From: a virus
Lineage: Duplodnaviria > Heunggongvirae > Uroviricota > Caudoviricetes
Direction: 5' to 3' (one strand)
Virus record (IMG/VR): IMGVR_UViG_3300029705_000015
DNA length: 64,000 nucleotides
Under the pieces are notes generated by a model. That model did no database searches, was not told where the DNA came from, and worked only from the letters and a program-made list of their open reading frames with translations. This document shows, piece after piece, positions 1 to 8,896 of this stretch. Each line of letters opens with the position of its first letter. Position 1 is the first letter of the stretch. The position numbers were made by a program, and so were the translations under genes.

Positions 1-92
1 TGGTGACTCCGACTGTTTCTGCTGTGTCGGCAGCGACGGTTATGCCGGCTACGACACCGCGGACTTCTACTGTCTTGTGCCGCTGTGCTTCC
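1..92 (+). repeat. DGR variable repeat (VR), 5'-truncated by the window edge
   Basis: Ungapped alignment to 686-777; 18 mismatches, all opposite TR adenines. Confidence 0.95.
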
Positions 93-103
93 GAATCGGT
101 TAA
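2..103 (+). CDS. 3' end of DGR target protein (partial; C-type-lectin-like variable C-terminus)
   Basis: Frame +2 reads GDSDCFCCVGSDGYAGYDTADFYCLVPLCFRIG-TAA and is collinear with the TR translation; the gene starts left of the window. Confidence 0.85.
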   Translation, partial: GDSDCFCCVGSDGYAGYDTADFYCLVPLCFRIG

Positions 104-113
104 TCTGAATAAT

Positions 114-137
114 CCCGACTCCCTAAGTGGAGTCGGG
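114..137 (+). promoter_or_regulatory. DGR hairpin/cruciform downstream of VR/IMH
   Basis: CCCGACTCC-ctaagt-GGAGTCGGG, a perfect 9-bp GC-rich stem starting 11 nt after the target stop codon. Confidence 0.8.
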
Positions 138-190
138 CCTTGTAAAACAAATATGAAAAATTAAGGTTATAAGAAATTAGGAGAAAACTT

Positions 191-604
191 GTGAGTGTTC
201 TTAAAAGTCAGCGTACAGAAAGCAAAGTTGAATTCTGGAATACAGCAGCAAAGTTACGTGTTGAATTATCAAAGTTCGTTATGAACGAAAAACATGTTCC
301 TAAGCGCTGGAAACATGTAATCACATATCCAGTTATTGATATGGCAACACAGATGTTGAATTACATTGTTGCAGCTAACACAATTCATGTTACTCGCAAT
401 GATGAGGCAGTGACTCGTGATAAGTATCAAACTGAAGCGTTGATCAAACTTGAACAACTGTACGATTTGTTACAATTTGGAATGGAAGCTCTCAATCATT
501 ATCCGGATGCTTTGCAACCTATTGCAGATCTAATGGCTAAGGAAGAGCAACTACTAAAAGCGTGGCAGAAATCTGATAGAGCACGTTACAAAGAATTTTT
601 CTAA
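191..604 (+). CDS. avd: DGR accessory variability determinant (Avd-like four-helix bundle)
   Basis: 137-aa helical protein between VR and TR; PKRWKHVI...A.N...R..YQ..A pattern; GGAG RBS before a GTG start. Confidence 0.85.
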   Translation: MSVLKSQRTESKVEFWNTAAKLRVELSKFVMNEKHVPKRWKHVITYPVIDMATQMLNYIVAANTIHVTRNDEAVTRDKYQTEALIKLEQLYDLLQFGMEALNHYPDALQPIADLMAKEEQLLKAWQKSDRARYKEFF

Positions 605-649
605 TTTTTTCTTATATCAGGATATGCGCTATTGAGCGTTGGACGCTGG

Positions 650-777
650 CGAAGTCAACAACTGGTGGCTGGCATCTGCGGCTGTTGGTAACTCCAACAG
701 TTTCTGCTATGTCAACAACAACGGTAATGCCAACTACAACAACGCGGACAACAACTATCTTGTGCCGCTGTGATTCC
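650..777 (+). ncRNA. DGR template repeat (TR); 5' boundary approximate
   Basis: AAC-rich; translates as NNWWLASAAVGNSNSFCYVNNNGNANYNNADNNYLVPL*F; 686-777 matches the VR except at adenines. Confidence 0.93.
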
Positions 778-1080
778 AGTTCAATTCATTGAGTTGAATT
801 GTGTCAGATCAAGTAAGTAGATTTTTCTACCGAACGCCGTACTATGAATCTGGAAGGAGCGCATATACCTTCCTGTTAAAACAGGTAAATACAGAACATG
901 ATATGATTGAGCGGACGCTTCCGTGCATGGCAGATAATTTGAATGTAGTCTTTCTGTTTCATGCTCAGTATCATTATGCAAGTAGATGAAACATTCTAGA
1001 GTACTTCTTGGTGGTGCTTGAAGTTACTCTAAGTCTTGTACATGTTCTAGAGACAAACATCATACCAGAATAGATATATT

Positions 1081-2289
1081 GTGACTTCAAATGAGCGTAG
1101 AAGAGAAGCTCGGTATCAACGACGTAAACAGAAACGTCAAGAAGAGCGTAACAAGAATGTAGATAGATATGATTGTTTTGATCGTGGAGCATCTTTTAGT
1201 TCTTTACTGAGAGCTAACAAGAAAACACGAAGAAACACTGGCTGGAAAACAGCCACTCAAGTAACACAGATGCATCTTATCAAAAAGATGAACATAGTCT
1301 TTCACAAACTTCATAATCATCAAGCTATTTCAGATGGTTTTATTGAGTTTGATATCAATGAACGCGGTAAACGTCGTCATATAAGAAGTGTTAGTTATAC
1401 TGAAAGAATTGTTCAAAGAAGTATGTGTGACAATGTAATCATTCCTGTTGTTAGACGGCAACTAATCTATGATAACGGGGCTTGTTTATCAGGTAAAGGA
1501 ATACATTGGGCGATGCAAAGAACTATTCGTCATCTTGACCATTTCTATCGCAAGTATGGTAATGATGGATATGTTCTGCAATTCGATTTTACTGATTACT
1601 TCAATTCTATCAAACATGAAGAAGCGTTCAAAATTGTTGATAAGTTGTTTCGTGATCAAGAGTTGATTGATCTAATTCATAAATCCGTTATCCCATTCGG
1701 TTACCCAGTGCAGAATACAACATTGAAACAAGTTTATGTTAAAGCGCAACAAGGTGTGTACTCTGGGCAAAGTTTGGGACTAGGTTCTCAGATATCACAA
1801 ATCATTGCTATAACATATCCAGGATTACTGGATAATTTCATAAAACAATCGTTGCAAGTTGAATATTACACAAGATATATGGATGACGGAATACTTCTAT
1901 TTGAGACTAAGCAACAAGCTCACAAGGCGCTTGATCAATTGATAGAAGTAGCTAATAAAAGATCAATTATCATAAATAGAAAGAAAACGAAAATCATAAA
2001 ACTTTCTAGAGGATTTACATTCTTGAAAACAAGATTTATTCTTGACAAGAAAGGTAAAGTCATACTACGAGTTTCAAGAAAGAACATAATGCGGCAAAAA
2101 ACAAAGTTGAAAAAACTTGCTATCTTAGTACATGAGGGTAAACTAAAACTTGTTGATATATGTACTGAGTATGCTTCATGGCTTGGCTATGTTCTTAGAA
2201 GAGGCGGTAAGACTATTGCTCAAAAGATGAATAAATTATTTCAGTCACTTTTCAATATAAGTCCACCGAAGTGTAGACTACTAACATAA
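1081..2289 (+). CDS. DGR reverse transcriptase
   Basis: YTRYMDD catalytic motif, GLGSQISQ (DGR-type SQ motif), LQFDFTDYF and GKRRHI; no intron maturase or endonuclease domain. Confidence 0.95.
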   Translation: MTSNERRREARYQRRKQKRQEERNKNVDRYDCFDRGASFSSLLRANKKTRRNTGWKTATQVTQMHLIKKMNIVFHKLHNHQAISDGFIEFDINERGKRRHIRSVSYTERIVQRSMCDNVIIPVVRRQLIYDNGACLSGKGIHWAMQRTIRHLDHFYRKYGNDGYVLQFDFTDYFNSIKHEEAFKIVDKLFRDQELIDLIHKSVIPFGYPVQNTTLKQVYVKAQQGVYSGQSLGLGSQISQIIAITYPGLLDNFIKQSLQVEYYTRYMDDGILLFETKQQAHKALDQLIEVANKRSIIINRKKTKIIKLSRGFTFLKTRFILDKKGKVILRVSRKNIMRQKTKLKKLAILVHEGKLKLVDICTEYASWLGYVLRRGGKTIAQKMNKLFQSLFNISPPKCRLLT

Positions 2290-2307
2290 TTTTTGGAGGA
2301 AGTTCAA

Positions 2308-2553
2308 ATGAAGCGTACTCGTGAGTTCCAGAAAGAAACTAGAATCTCTCGTGAACAGATGATTTCCAATATCATCAACAGCAAGTATTCTATTGACGAT
2401 CAGATTGCTCTTATTCGTCAGAAAGATACAAAGCCCGAAGAGTATCAAGCATTCTATGAGTTTGCTGAGGCAACAAAGGCTGCTGTTACTGCAGAATATG
2501 CAGAGTATGAGGCAGAGGAAGCTGCCGCTGCTGCAGAAGCAACTGAAGAATAA
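2308..2553 (+). CDS. hypothetical phage protein
   Basis: ORF with GGAGGA RBS, followed by a terminator. Confidence 0.6.
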   Translation: MKRTREFQKETRISREQMISNIINSKYSIDDQIALIRQKDTKPEEYQAFYEFAEATKAAVTAEYAEYEAEEAAAAAEATEE

Positions 2554-2571
2554 GTAGTTACAAGTTAAATC

Positions 2572-2605
2572 AAGAGCCGGTGTCTTTATGCATCGGCTCT
2601 TTCTT
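2572..2605 (+). terminator. intrinsic terminator
   Basis: AAGAGCCGGTG...CATCGGCTCTT stem (one G-U pair) plus T-rich tail. Confidence 0.7.
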
Positions 2606-2649
2606 GTATTATATTATATAGTAAGATAAAACTATCTAAGAGGTAAACA

Positions 2650-2913
2650 ATGGAAAAACAAGTAAAAGTAAATGTTGTTCATCGACATGATACTGAAACA
2701 AACTGGCAACAGGCTGATATGGTACCTCTTGCTGGTGAGATGATCATTTATGATGTTGGTGGTAATGTTACACAGCGTCCAAGAGTTAAACTTGGCGATG
2801 GCACAACAGGCGTAAATAACTTACCATTTATCAACAGAGAAATTCTAGCAGGTACAAGCGCTCCTACAAGCTCACAAGGCTTTGAAGGAGATGTTTATAT
2901 CAAGTATGAATAA
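2650..2913 (+). CDS. small fibre adaptor with Mtd_N/hyaluronidase-N-like domain
   Basis: HRHDTETNW...PLAGEMIIYD...KLGDGTTGVNNLPF; C-terminal PTSSQGFEGDVYIKY. Confidence 0.65.
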   Translation: MEKQVKVNVVHRHDTETNWQQADMVPLAGEMIIYDVGGNVTQRPRVKLGDGTTGVNNLPFINREILAGTSAPTSSQGFEGDVYIKYE

Positions 2914-2927
2914 GGGAGAGAAAGACT

Positions 2928-4478
2928 TTGAGTAATTCAAGTTTAGTTGTTTATACTAAGTTGTCACCGCATTACAGATCTCGTAACGGTAACAAGATTT
3001 CAAAGATTACTATTCATCATATGGCAGGTAATCTAAGTATTGAAACATGTGCTAATGTGTTCAGTGGAACTCGTGTAGCAAGCTCCAACTATGGTATTGG
3101 TAGTGATGGACGAATTGGTCTGTATGTTGAGGAAGCAAATCGTGCTATTACATCTTCAAGTACTGCAAATGACAGTGTAGCTGTTACAATTGAAGTTGCA
3201 AACAACAGTATGGCTCCTAACTGGACTGTTAGTGACAAAGCTTATGCATCCTTGTTGAATCTTTGCGAAGATATCTGTAGAAGAAATGATATCAAAGAAA
3301 TCAACTTTACTGGTGATAAATCCGGTAACTTAACAATGCATAATTATTTTGCAAATACTTGTTGCCCTGGACCTTATCTAGAGCCAAAGTTCCAAGCAAT
3401 TGCAAACGAGATTAACAAGCGTCTTGGTAATGAACAACTTGTTGTGGACGTTAGAGACGAGACTGTTCCTGTTGATGGCTTCTATCATTGTACAAAGGGT
3501 AAAGCTGTTCAGTTGGCTAAGAACTTCAAATCAACTGAGTTTGATTGCAACGGTTCTAGTTGTTGTAAGGAAACTCTAATTGATGTTGATCTTGTAAAAT
3601 TCTTACAGAATATTCGTGATCATTTTAATGCTCCCGTTAACATTTCTAGCGCTTACAGATGTCCTGTTCATAATGCAAAAGTTGCTAATGCTTCTAGTAA
3701 GTCAAAACATATGTACGGTATGGCAGCTGATATCAAAGTAACTGGAGTTGCTCCTGCAGAAGTTGCTAAGTATGCAGAAAGTATCGGTATTCTTGGCATT
3801 GGTCTGTATGACACTGATGCTGATGGTCACTTCGTTCACATAGACACTCGTCCTACTAAGTCCTTCTGGTTTGGTCATGATCAGTCATATCGTTCCACAT
3901 TCGGTGGCGGTAATGAAACAGATCTTGATGAGTTGTTAAATAAGGGCGATAAGAATGATCGCGTTAAGAAGTTACAAGAAGATCTGATTGAGCTCGGTTA
4001 TGATCTTGGTAAGTGGGGCGCTGACGGTAGCTTCGGCGGAAAGACTGAAGAAGCTGTTAAGAAGTTCCAGAAAGACTTCAGCTTAACTGTTGACGGTATT
4101 GTTGGAGCTAACACAGAAGCAGCTATTGAGAAAGCACTCGAAGCTAAACGTGAAGATACCGAATATGGTCTTGATGACTTCATTCTTGAAGTGCAAAAAA
4201 TCATCGGTGCTGAGCCAGATGGTATTGCTGGTCCTGAAACATTGAGCAAAACAATCACAGTTAGCTCTTCTATCAACAAGAAACATCCTATTGTAGTTCC
4301 TATTCAGAAACGTCTTGCTGCTATGGGATACACAGAAGTTGGAGAAGCTGATGGTTCTGCTGGACCTAAGTTTACAAAAGCTGTTAAGAGACTTCAGAAA
4401 GAAAGAGGCAAGTCTGTTGATGGTGAAATCACAAAGGGTCAGAGAACTTGGAAGTTACTGCTTGGAATGATTCAATAA
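2928..4478 (+). CDS. endolysin: Amidase_2 + peptidase M15 + peptidoglycan-binding domains
   Basis: ITIHHMAG...SSNYGIG...TIEVAN...CPG; SAYRCPVHN...HMYGMAAD...FVHIDTR; repeated DG..G..T PG-binding motifs. Confidence 0.88.
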   Translation: MSNSSLVVYTKLSPHYRSRNGNKISKITIHHMAGNLSIETCANVFSGTRVASSNYGIGSDGRIGLYVEEANRAITSSSTANDSVAVTIEVANNSMAPNWTVSDKAYASLLNLCEDICRRNDIKEINFTGDKSGNLTMHNYFANTCCPGPYLEPKFQAIANEINKRLGNEQLVVDVRDETVPVDGFYHCTKGKAVQLAKNFKSTEFDCNGSSCCKETLIDVDLVKFLQNIRDHFNAPVNISSAYRCPVHNAKVANASSKSKHMYGMAADIKVTGVAPAEVAKYAESIGILGIGLYDTDADGHFVHIDTRPTKSFWFGHDQSYRSTFGGGNETDLDELLNKGDKNDRVKKLQEDLIELGYDLGKWGADGSFGGKTEEAVKKFQKDFSLTVDGIVGANTEAAIEKALEAKREDTEYGLDDFILEVQKIIGAEPDGIAGPETLSKTITVSSSINKKHPIVVPIQKRLAAMGYTEVGEADGSAGPKFTKAVKRLQKERGKSVDGEITKGQRTWKLLLGMIQ

Positions 4479-4499
4479 CAGTTATGATATGAATAAATA

Positions 4500-4531
4500 A
4501 ATCCCTCTTGCAAAATTTTGCAAGAGGGATT
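4500..4531. terminator. bidirectional terminator (32-bp perfect palindrome)
   Basis: AATCCCTCTTGCAAAATTTTGCAAGAGGGATT lies between two convergent lysin genes. Confidence 0.75.
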
Positions 4532-4542
4532 GTTTGTACTAT

Positions 4543-6501
4543 TTATTTCTTACTAAAAGCATCAACAATCAACTGTAAAAGTTTCTTGAGACACTCAAAT
4601 ATGAACTTTGCTAAGTTGGATGCTTGTTTGTTTTCAGTTGTGTCAACTACATCTTCAATAGTAGGGTCTGTAACTTCCGGATCCTGTTCGGGAAGTGATT
4701 CAACTGGCTGTTCTTCACTAGGAATATCTTCTGGATCTTCAACAGGAGATTCAGTTTGGAAGTATTTCTCAATATCTAACTTTGTTACCACAGCTGACTC
4801 AAGTGACTTACAGATTGAAAGAATTTTCTGTCCGTAAGTATTGTTAGCAGCCATTGCAGCTTCAGGAGTGGAATAAGTATTCTTATCGTAACCAGGACAA
4901 GCCCATCTACCAGCTAACTGTTGCCAGTAAGGAGCAACTCCTCTTGTTACGTACTTAAAACGAGGATCAAGTATAGCTTCATTCAATTCTTCTGTAGAAC
5001 CATAAGCAAAGAGATGTTGCAGTTGTGCAGTGACTCCATCTTCAATCGTATCAAATTTACCGCCTTCCACACCGTTACTTGTTACACCAAGTCCACAGTA
5101 GTTGTGCTGTTCAGGTTTAACAGCGGAGCCCTGGTACTTAAACCAACCAGTTTCAAGAATTGATTGAGAAATAGCCATCATAGGATCAATTCCATACTTA
5201 GGAGTAAGTTTCCAGAATGACTTTGCAATTTCAATATCAAAGTCGGCATTATTTGAAAGTATCTTTTTAATTACTTTGACACAATCTTCTTCTGTACGAG
5301 ATACATTTTTGTCAACAATCAAAGTTTTTTCTGGATAGTCAAGATCATAAACAGCTGTTACTTTTGTTTCTTCCTCTGGCTCTGTAACTTCAGGAATAGT
5401 GGGCTCGGAAGGTTGAACTGGTTGTGTCTCAGTAACTTCAACATATTCATATACAACTTCATAGTCCCAATCAAAAACTTTGTAACCACTTCCTGCTTCA
5501 TCGCAAGCTGCTTTTGCATTATCAAGATTACTATATGCACCAACCTGAGATTTTGCATCATCTTTTGATTTACGAACACGATACAATTTCTTAGTTGTTT
5601 CAGTAACTACTTGTTGAACTACATTCTCCGCAGGGTTAATCCAGCTACCAGCGCTTGCGCCCGTCTTATCAGTGGAGATGTTATACATACCATTATATCC
5701 GTTTGGATATTTGGAATAGATGTAATAAGTTCCAGCCTCATACGTACCCTTACTGTTTTTCTGACTCTGTGCGTCAGAAGCAGTAGAATATGTGTTGATT
5801 TTAGTTACAACTTTGTAAGTTTTAACACTTACTGTCTCCGTGGTTGCCGAATTATCAGCAGCAAGAAGAGCTGCAACATCCGCTCTTGCGGTAGCCATCG
5901 ATTTTCCATGTTTAGGGAACCAATGATCAATATCTCCGTGATTACTTCCTAAGCCAAGTTTGTAACTATCATAATGACAGAGAATTGTTGGAACTTTTAC
6001 TCCACCGTGAGTTACTGTACCATTAGGATCGATATTGTAAAGCTTACATAAGTAAGCAGTAATCTCGCAAGCCTCTTTGTAAACAGCATCAAAGTACTGT
6101 TTATCAGTTAAACCATCTTCACAAATTTCAAACTGAATCCAACCACTATTACATGATCCCTTCGATCCGCTACCACAACCCCAAGGCTTGTAGTTCCAAG
6201 GCATTGTCTGAATTGTAGTAACTGTACCATCGGCTAGTTTGCCTATCCAACAGTTTAATCCGGCTTGACGCTTGATGTGGTTCCAGTCATTACCGTAAGC
6301 ATTCTTTCCAATTTGTTGAAGTGTTACAGTATCTCTGCTATCTGGTGTATCACTTGGTTGCACATAGCGTTTCAGAGTAGGGTTGTTTGCACCCGTACTG
6401 TGCCATAGAACACCCTTAACAGTCATTGTGCTTGTACCTTTATAACAAGTACTTTGTGTCTGCATACATACCAGAGGTTTGTTACTTGAATTGTATTTCA
6501 T
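4543..6501 (-). CDS. cell-wall hydrolase: amidase-like + SPOR-like + glucosaminidase (GH73-like)
   Basis: VLWHSTG...FEICED...CH...NHGD; YRVRKS..DAKSQVGAY; AISQSILETGW...HNYCGLG...LAGRWA. Confidence 0.85.
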   Translation of the reverse strand: MKYNSSNKPLVCMQTQSTCYKGTSTMTVKGVLWHSTGANNPTLKRYVQPSDTPDSRDTVTLQQIGKNAYGNDWNHIKRQAGLNCWIGKLADGTVTTIQTMPWNYKPWGCGSGSKGSCNSGWIQFEICEDGLTDKQYFDAVYKEACEITAYLCKLYNIDPNGTVTHGGVKVPTILCHYDSYKLGLGSNHGDIDHWFPKHGKSMATARADVAALLAADNSATTETVSVKTYKVVTKINTYSTASDAQSQKNSKGTYEAGTYYIYSKYPNGYNGMYNISTDKTGASAGSWINPAENVVQQVVTETTKKLYRVRKSKDDAKSQVGAYSNLDNAKAACDEAGSGYKVFDWDYEVVYEYVEVTETQPVQPSEPTIPEVTEPEEETKVTAVYDLDYPEKTLIVDKNVSRTEEDCVKVIKKILSNNADFDIEIAKSFWKLTPKYGIDPMMAISQSILETGWFKYQGSAVKPEQHNYCGLGVTSNGVEGGKFDTIEDGVTAQLQHLFAYGSTEELNEAILDPRFKYVTRGVAPYWQQLAGRWACPGYDKNTYSTPEAAMAANNTYGQKILSICKSLESAVVTKLDIEKYFQTESPVEDPEDIPSEEQPVESLPEQDPEVTDPTIEDVVDTTENKQASNLAKFIFECLKKLLQLIVDAFSKK

Positions 6502-6685
6502 CTGATATATTTCCTTTCATTCTACTTATGTAGAGTTATTAGTTATATATACAGGATGTACAATATAACAGTTTATATTAGTGGTAATTTGCAGAATCAA
6601 CATGGTTTACAACTAAGATTACTTGTTGTAAACTTGTATATATTGATATAGAACTTACAATCAAAATAAGGAGATAACTTGATAT

Positions 6686-8164
6686 ATGGCAACGTTATCT
6701 ACAACAGGATTTAGAAGAGCCTATCTTATAAAGGATGGATCTGGTTGGGCATGGTGTACAGATGATTCACAAACACCTCCAGCTGACTTTAGTACAATAA
6801 CAAATAGATGCACAGTTCAAACTGATGCTTACATGGGTAGAATAACATTTGTACCGTCAGCGTCTTTAGGTGTAGGAGTTAAAAAATATCTAACTTTGAG
6901 AGCTGATTGTACTGAATCACGCCCCTGTAATGTACAACTACTCTATAATGGAACAACAAGTGGTTACAACACATCGGGATCGGGAAGTAGATCTTATGCT
7001 GTAAACCTCCCGTTTCCAAATACAGGTGCATACAGTTTATCTTACAAAGATGCGGCGTGTACAACAAGAATTCCAAATTCATGTTATCAGGATTCTTGGA
7101 CAGTTTACTTCAAGATTGATCTTACAAACTATGCTCTAACAGCCAACACAAATCACTATTTATTCTTGTCGGCTCAAGCTGGTATGTGTCTAGGAAATTC
7201 CGAAAAGAAGTCAACAATGAACATGAGCTCTTCGGCAACAATGGAGCTCGGAATAACATATACTCCTCAGTATACGGTAAGTGTTGGTAAGGGAACAGGT
7301 ATACATAGCGTAACTGGTGGAGGAACTTTTGATCAAGGTTCAAGTGTAACAGTTAGTGCAACGCCCTCAACAGGATATCACTTTACTAACTGGACATACG
7401 GAAGTAGCACATATACTCCAAACCCCTGGACAATAACAACAAACATTACAAGTAACATTTCTGTTACAGCTAATGCGGCTATAAACAGTGGTACTGTTTA
7501 CTATTATGCAAACGGAGGCACTTCAAAAAGCGGGTATAGCCAAGATAGCTTAGGAAAAAGTACTACAACCTCGGCAGTTAACTATTCAAGTACTGCAGCA
7601 AATCTCTACAATGTAGATACATTGTTTAGTAGAACTGGTTATCATAGTTCATCTGATGCAACTGCTTGGAGATACGGAAGTGCAACTGCAACCACATACT
7701 TCAATCAAGCGTCTCAGAATTTTAGCTCTTATTTTGATTCTGCATCTGAGCATGGAAGTACATTTAACTTGTACGCAAACTGGATTGCAAACACATATAC
7801 CATCAATTACAATGCAAATAACGGATCAGGATCAACCGCTGCAACATCATGTACATACGATTCTAATGCAACTATTAGATCCAATGGATTTACAAGAACA
7901 GGTTATAAATTTATTGGTTGGAATACAGCTGCTGATGGAACAGGAACGGCTTATTCTGAAGGACAAAGTGTAAGAAACTTAACAAGCACAAATGGTGGAT
8001 CTATAACATTGTACGCACAATGGGAAGCACTTGCAACAATGTTTGTTAAAGTTGATGGCTCATATAAAGCCGGTATTCCTTATGTTAAAGTTAACGGTGA
8101 GTGGAAAAGAGCCACTGCTGTTTATGTTAAAGTAAATGGTGAGTGGAAGTTGAGTACAAGATAA
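6686..8164 (+). CDS. Ser/Thr-rich virion-associated adhesin with InlB-B/Listeria-Bacteroides repeats
   Basis: YTINYNANNGSG...FTRTGYKFIGWNT...LYAQW repeats; C-terminal YVKVNGEWK twice. Confidence 0.7.
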   Translation: MATLSTTGFRRAYLIKDGSGWAWCTDDSQTPPADFSTITNRCTVQTDAYMGRITFVPSASLGVGVKKYLTLRADCTESRPCNVQLLYNGTTSGYNTSGSGSRSYAVNLPFPNTGAYSLSYKDAACTTRIPNSCYQDSWTVYFKIDLTNYALTANTNHYLFLSAQAGMCLGNSEKKSTMNMSSSATMELGITYTPQYTVSVGKGTGIHSVTGGGTFDQGSSVTVSATPSTGYHFTNWTYGSSTYTPNPWTITTNITSNISVTANAAINSGTVYYYANGGTSKSGYSQDSLGKSTTTSAVNYSSTAANLYNVDTLFSRTGYHSSSDATAWRYGSATATTYFNQASQNFSSYFDSASEHGSTFNLYANWIANTYTINYNANNGSGSTAATSCTYDSNATIRSNGFTRTGYKFIGWNTAADGTGTAYSEGQSVRNLTSTNGGSITLYAQWEALATMFVKVDGSYKAGIPYVKVNGEWKRATAVYVKVNGEWKLSTR

Positions 8165-8175
8165 GTAGAAATAAA

Positions 8176-8220
8176 CAAAACAAATGACTCGGTATATCGT
8201 CTACCGAGTCATTTGTTTTG
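8176..8220. terminator. bidirectional terminator
   Basis: 19-bp perfect inverted repeat with a 7-nt loop between convergent genes. Confidence 0.75.
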
Positions 8221-8559
8221 ATTGTTACTAAGTTGTTGTTCTTCCACATAGGATTGTGATTGAAGTTGTTTTAATACTTGATCAAGAATGTCATTTACTT
8301 CTATGTACTTGTACCCTTTATGAGCATTGTTGTCCCATTCTTTGTTACGATATGTTGCATGCATTGATCTATGAGCATGATCGCTCATCAAGACTAGATC
8401 TTCAGGAGCATTCTTACCACGATCTTTCTGAGTATGATGAATAACAGGATTTTCAATATCGAGAGTTATTCCTGATATCTTAACTAACTCTAAGAGAAAT
8501 TTTCTTAGATTCGTATTTATACTCTCTTCAATACAATCTTCAACTAATCTAAACTTCAT
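8209..8559 (-). CDS. small HNH-like nuclease-domain protein
   Basis: VIHHTQKDRGKNAPEDLVLMSDHAHRSMH fits the HH...N...L....H...H pattern of HNH_3. Confidence 0.6.
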   Translation of the reverse strand: MKFRLVEDCIEESINTNLRKFLLELVKISGITLDIENPVIHHTQKDRGKNAPEDLVLMSDHAHRSMHATYRNKEWDNNAHKGYKYIEVNDILDQVLKQLQSQSYVEEQQLSNNQNK

Positions 8560-8608
8560 ATCAAGTAGCTTCTTTCAACTGTTTGTTATAACTTGATATA
8601 CAATGTTA

Positions 8609-8884
8609 TTAACAATCAAGTGCATCGGACCAGGATTCAAGTTCTTTAAGTTTAGTATACATCAGAGTTCTGATACCAGTGCTCTCTTCTTCTGCAGTTG
8701 TGATATTGATTGAATAACAGTTTGAAGTAACTGGTTGCTCAAGTTTACGATAATCTTGATTAACATAAGACTCAATCATTACTTGTACTCTTGTCTCATC
8801 GATAAGATACAAGTTAATGCTTGAAATTCTATGATAATTTACTTCACAACCATTTTCTAAAGTTATTTTCTTATTGAGTGCCAT
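8609..8884 (-). CDS. hypothetical protein (fibre-associated/assembly chaperone-like)
   Basis: MALNKKI...YHRI...Y..LK pattern; directly downstream of a fibre gene. Confidence 0.5.
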   Translation of the reverse strand: MALNKKITLENGCEVNYHRISSINLYLIDETRVQVMIESYVNQDYRKLEQPVTSNCYSINITTAEEESTGIRTLMYTKLKELESWSDALDC

Positions 8885-8896
8885 ATATTTTCTCCA

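Larger units (their letters stand above)
1..2289 (+). mobile_element. Diversity-generating retroelement cassette (target-VR, hairpin, avd, TR, RT)
   Basis: All canonical components are present, in BPP-1-like order. Confidence 0.95.

Noticed and set aside
781-1192. Short ORFs 781-981, 801-989 and 974-1192
   Set aside because: They lie in the TR-RT spacer or antisense to the RT, lack a clear RBS, and are likely non-coding DGR RNA.
1081-2289. RT as a group II intron, retron or Abi RT
   Set aside because: The adjacent avd and a TR/VR pair with A-only mismatches identify a DGR; no maturase/endonuclease extension or retron VTG motif was seen.
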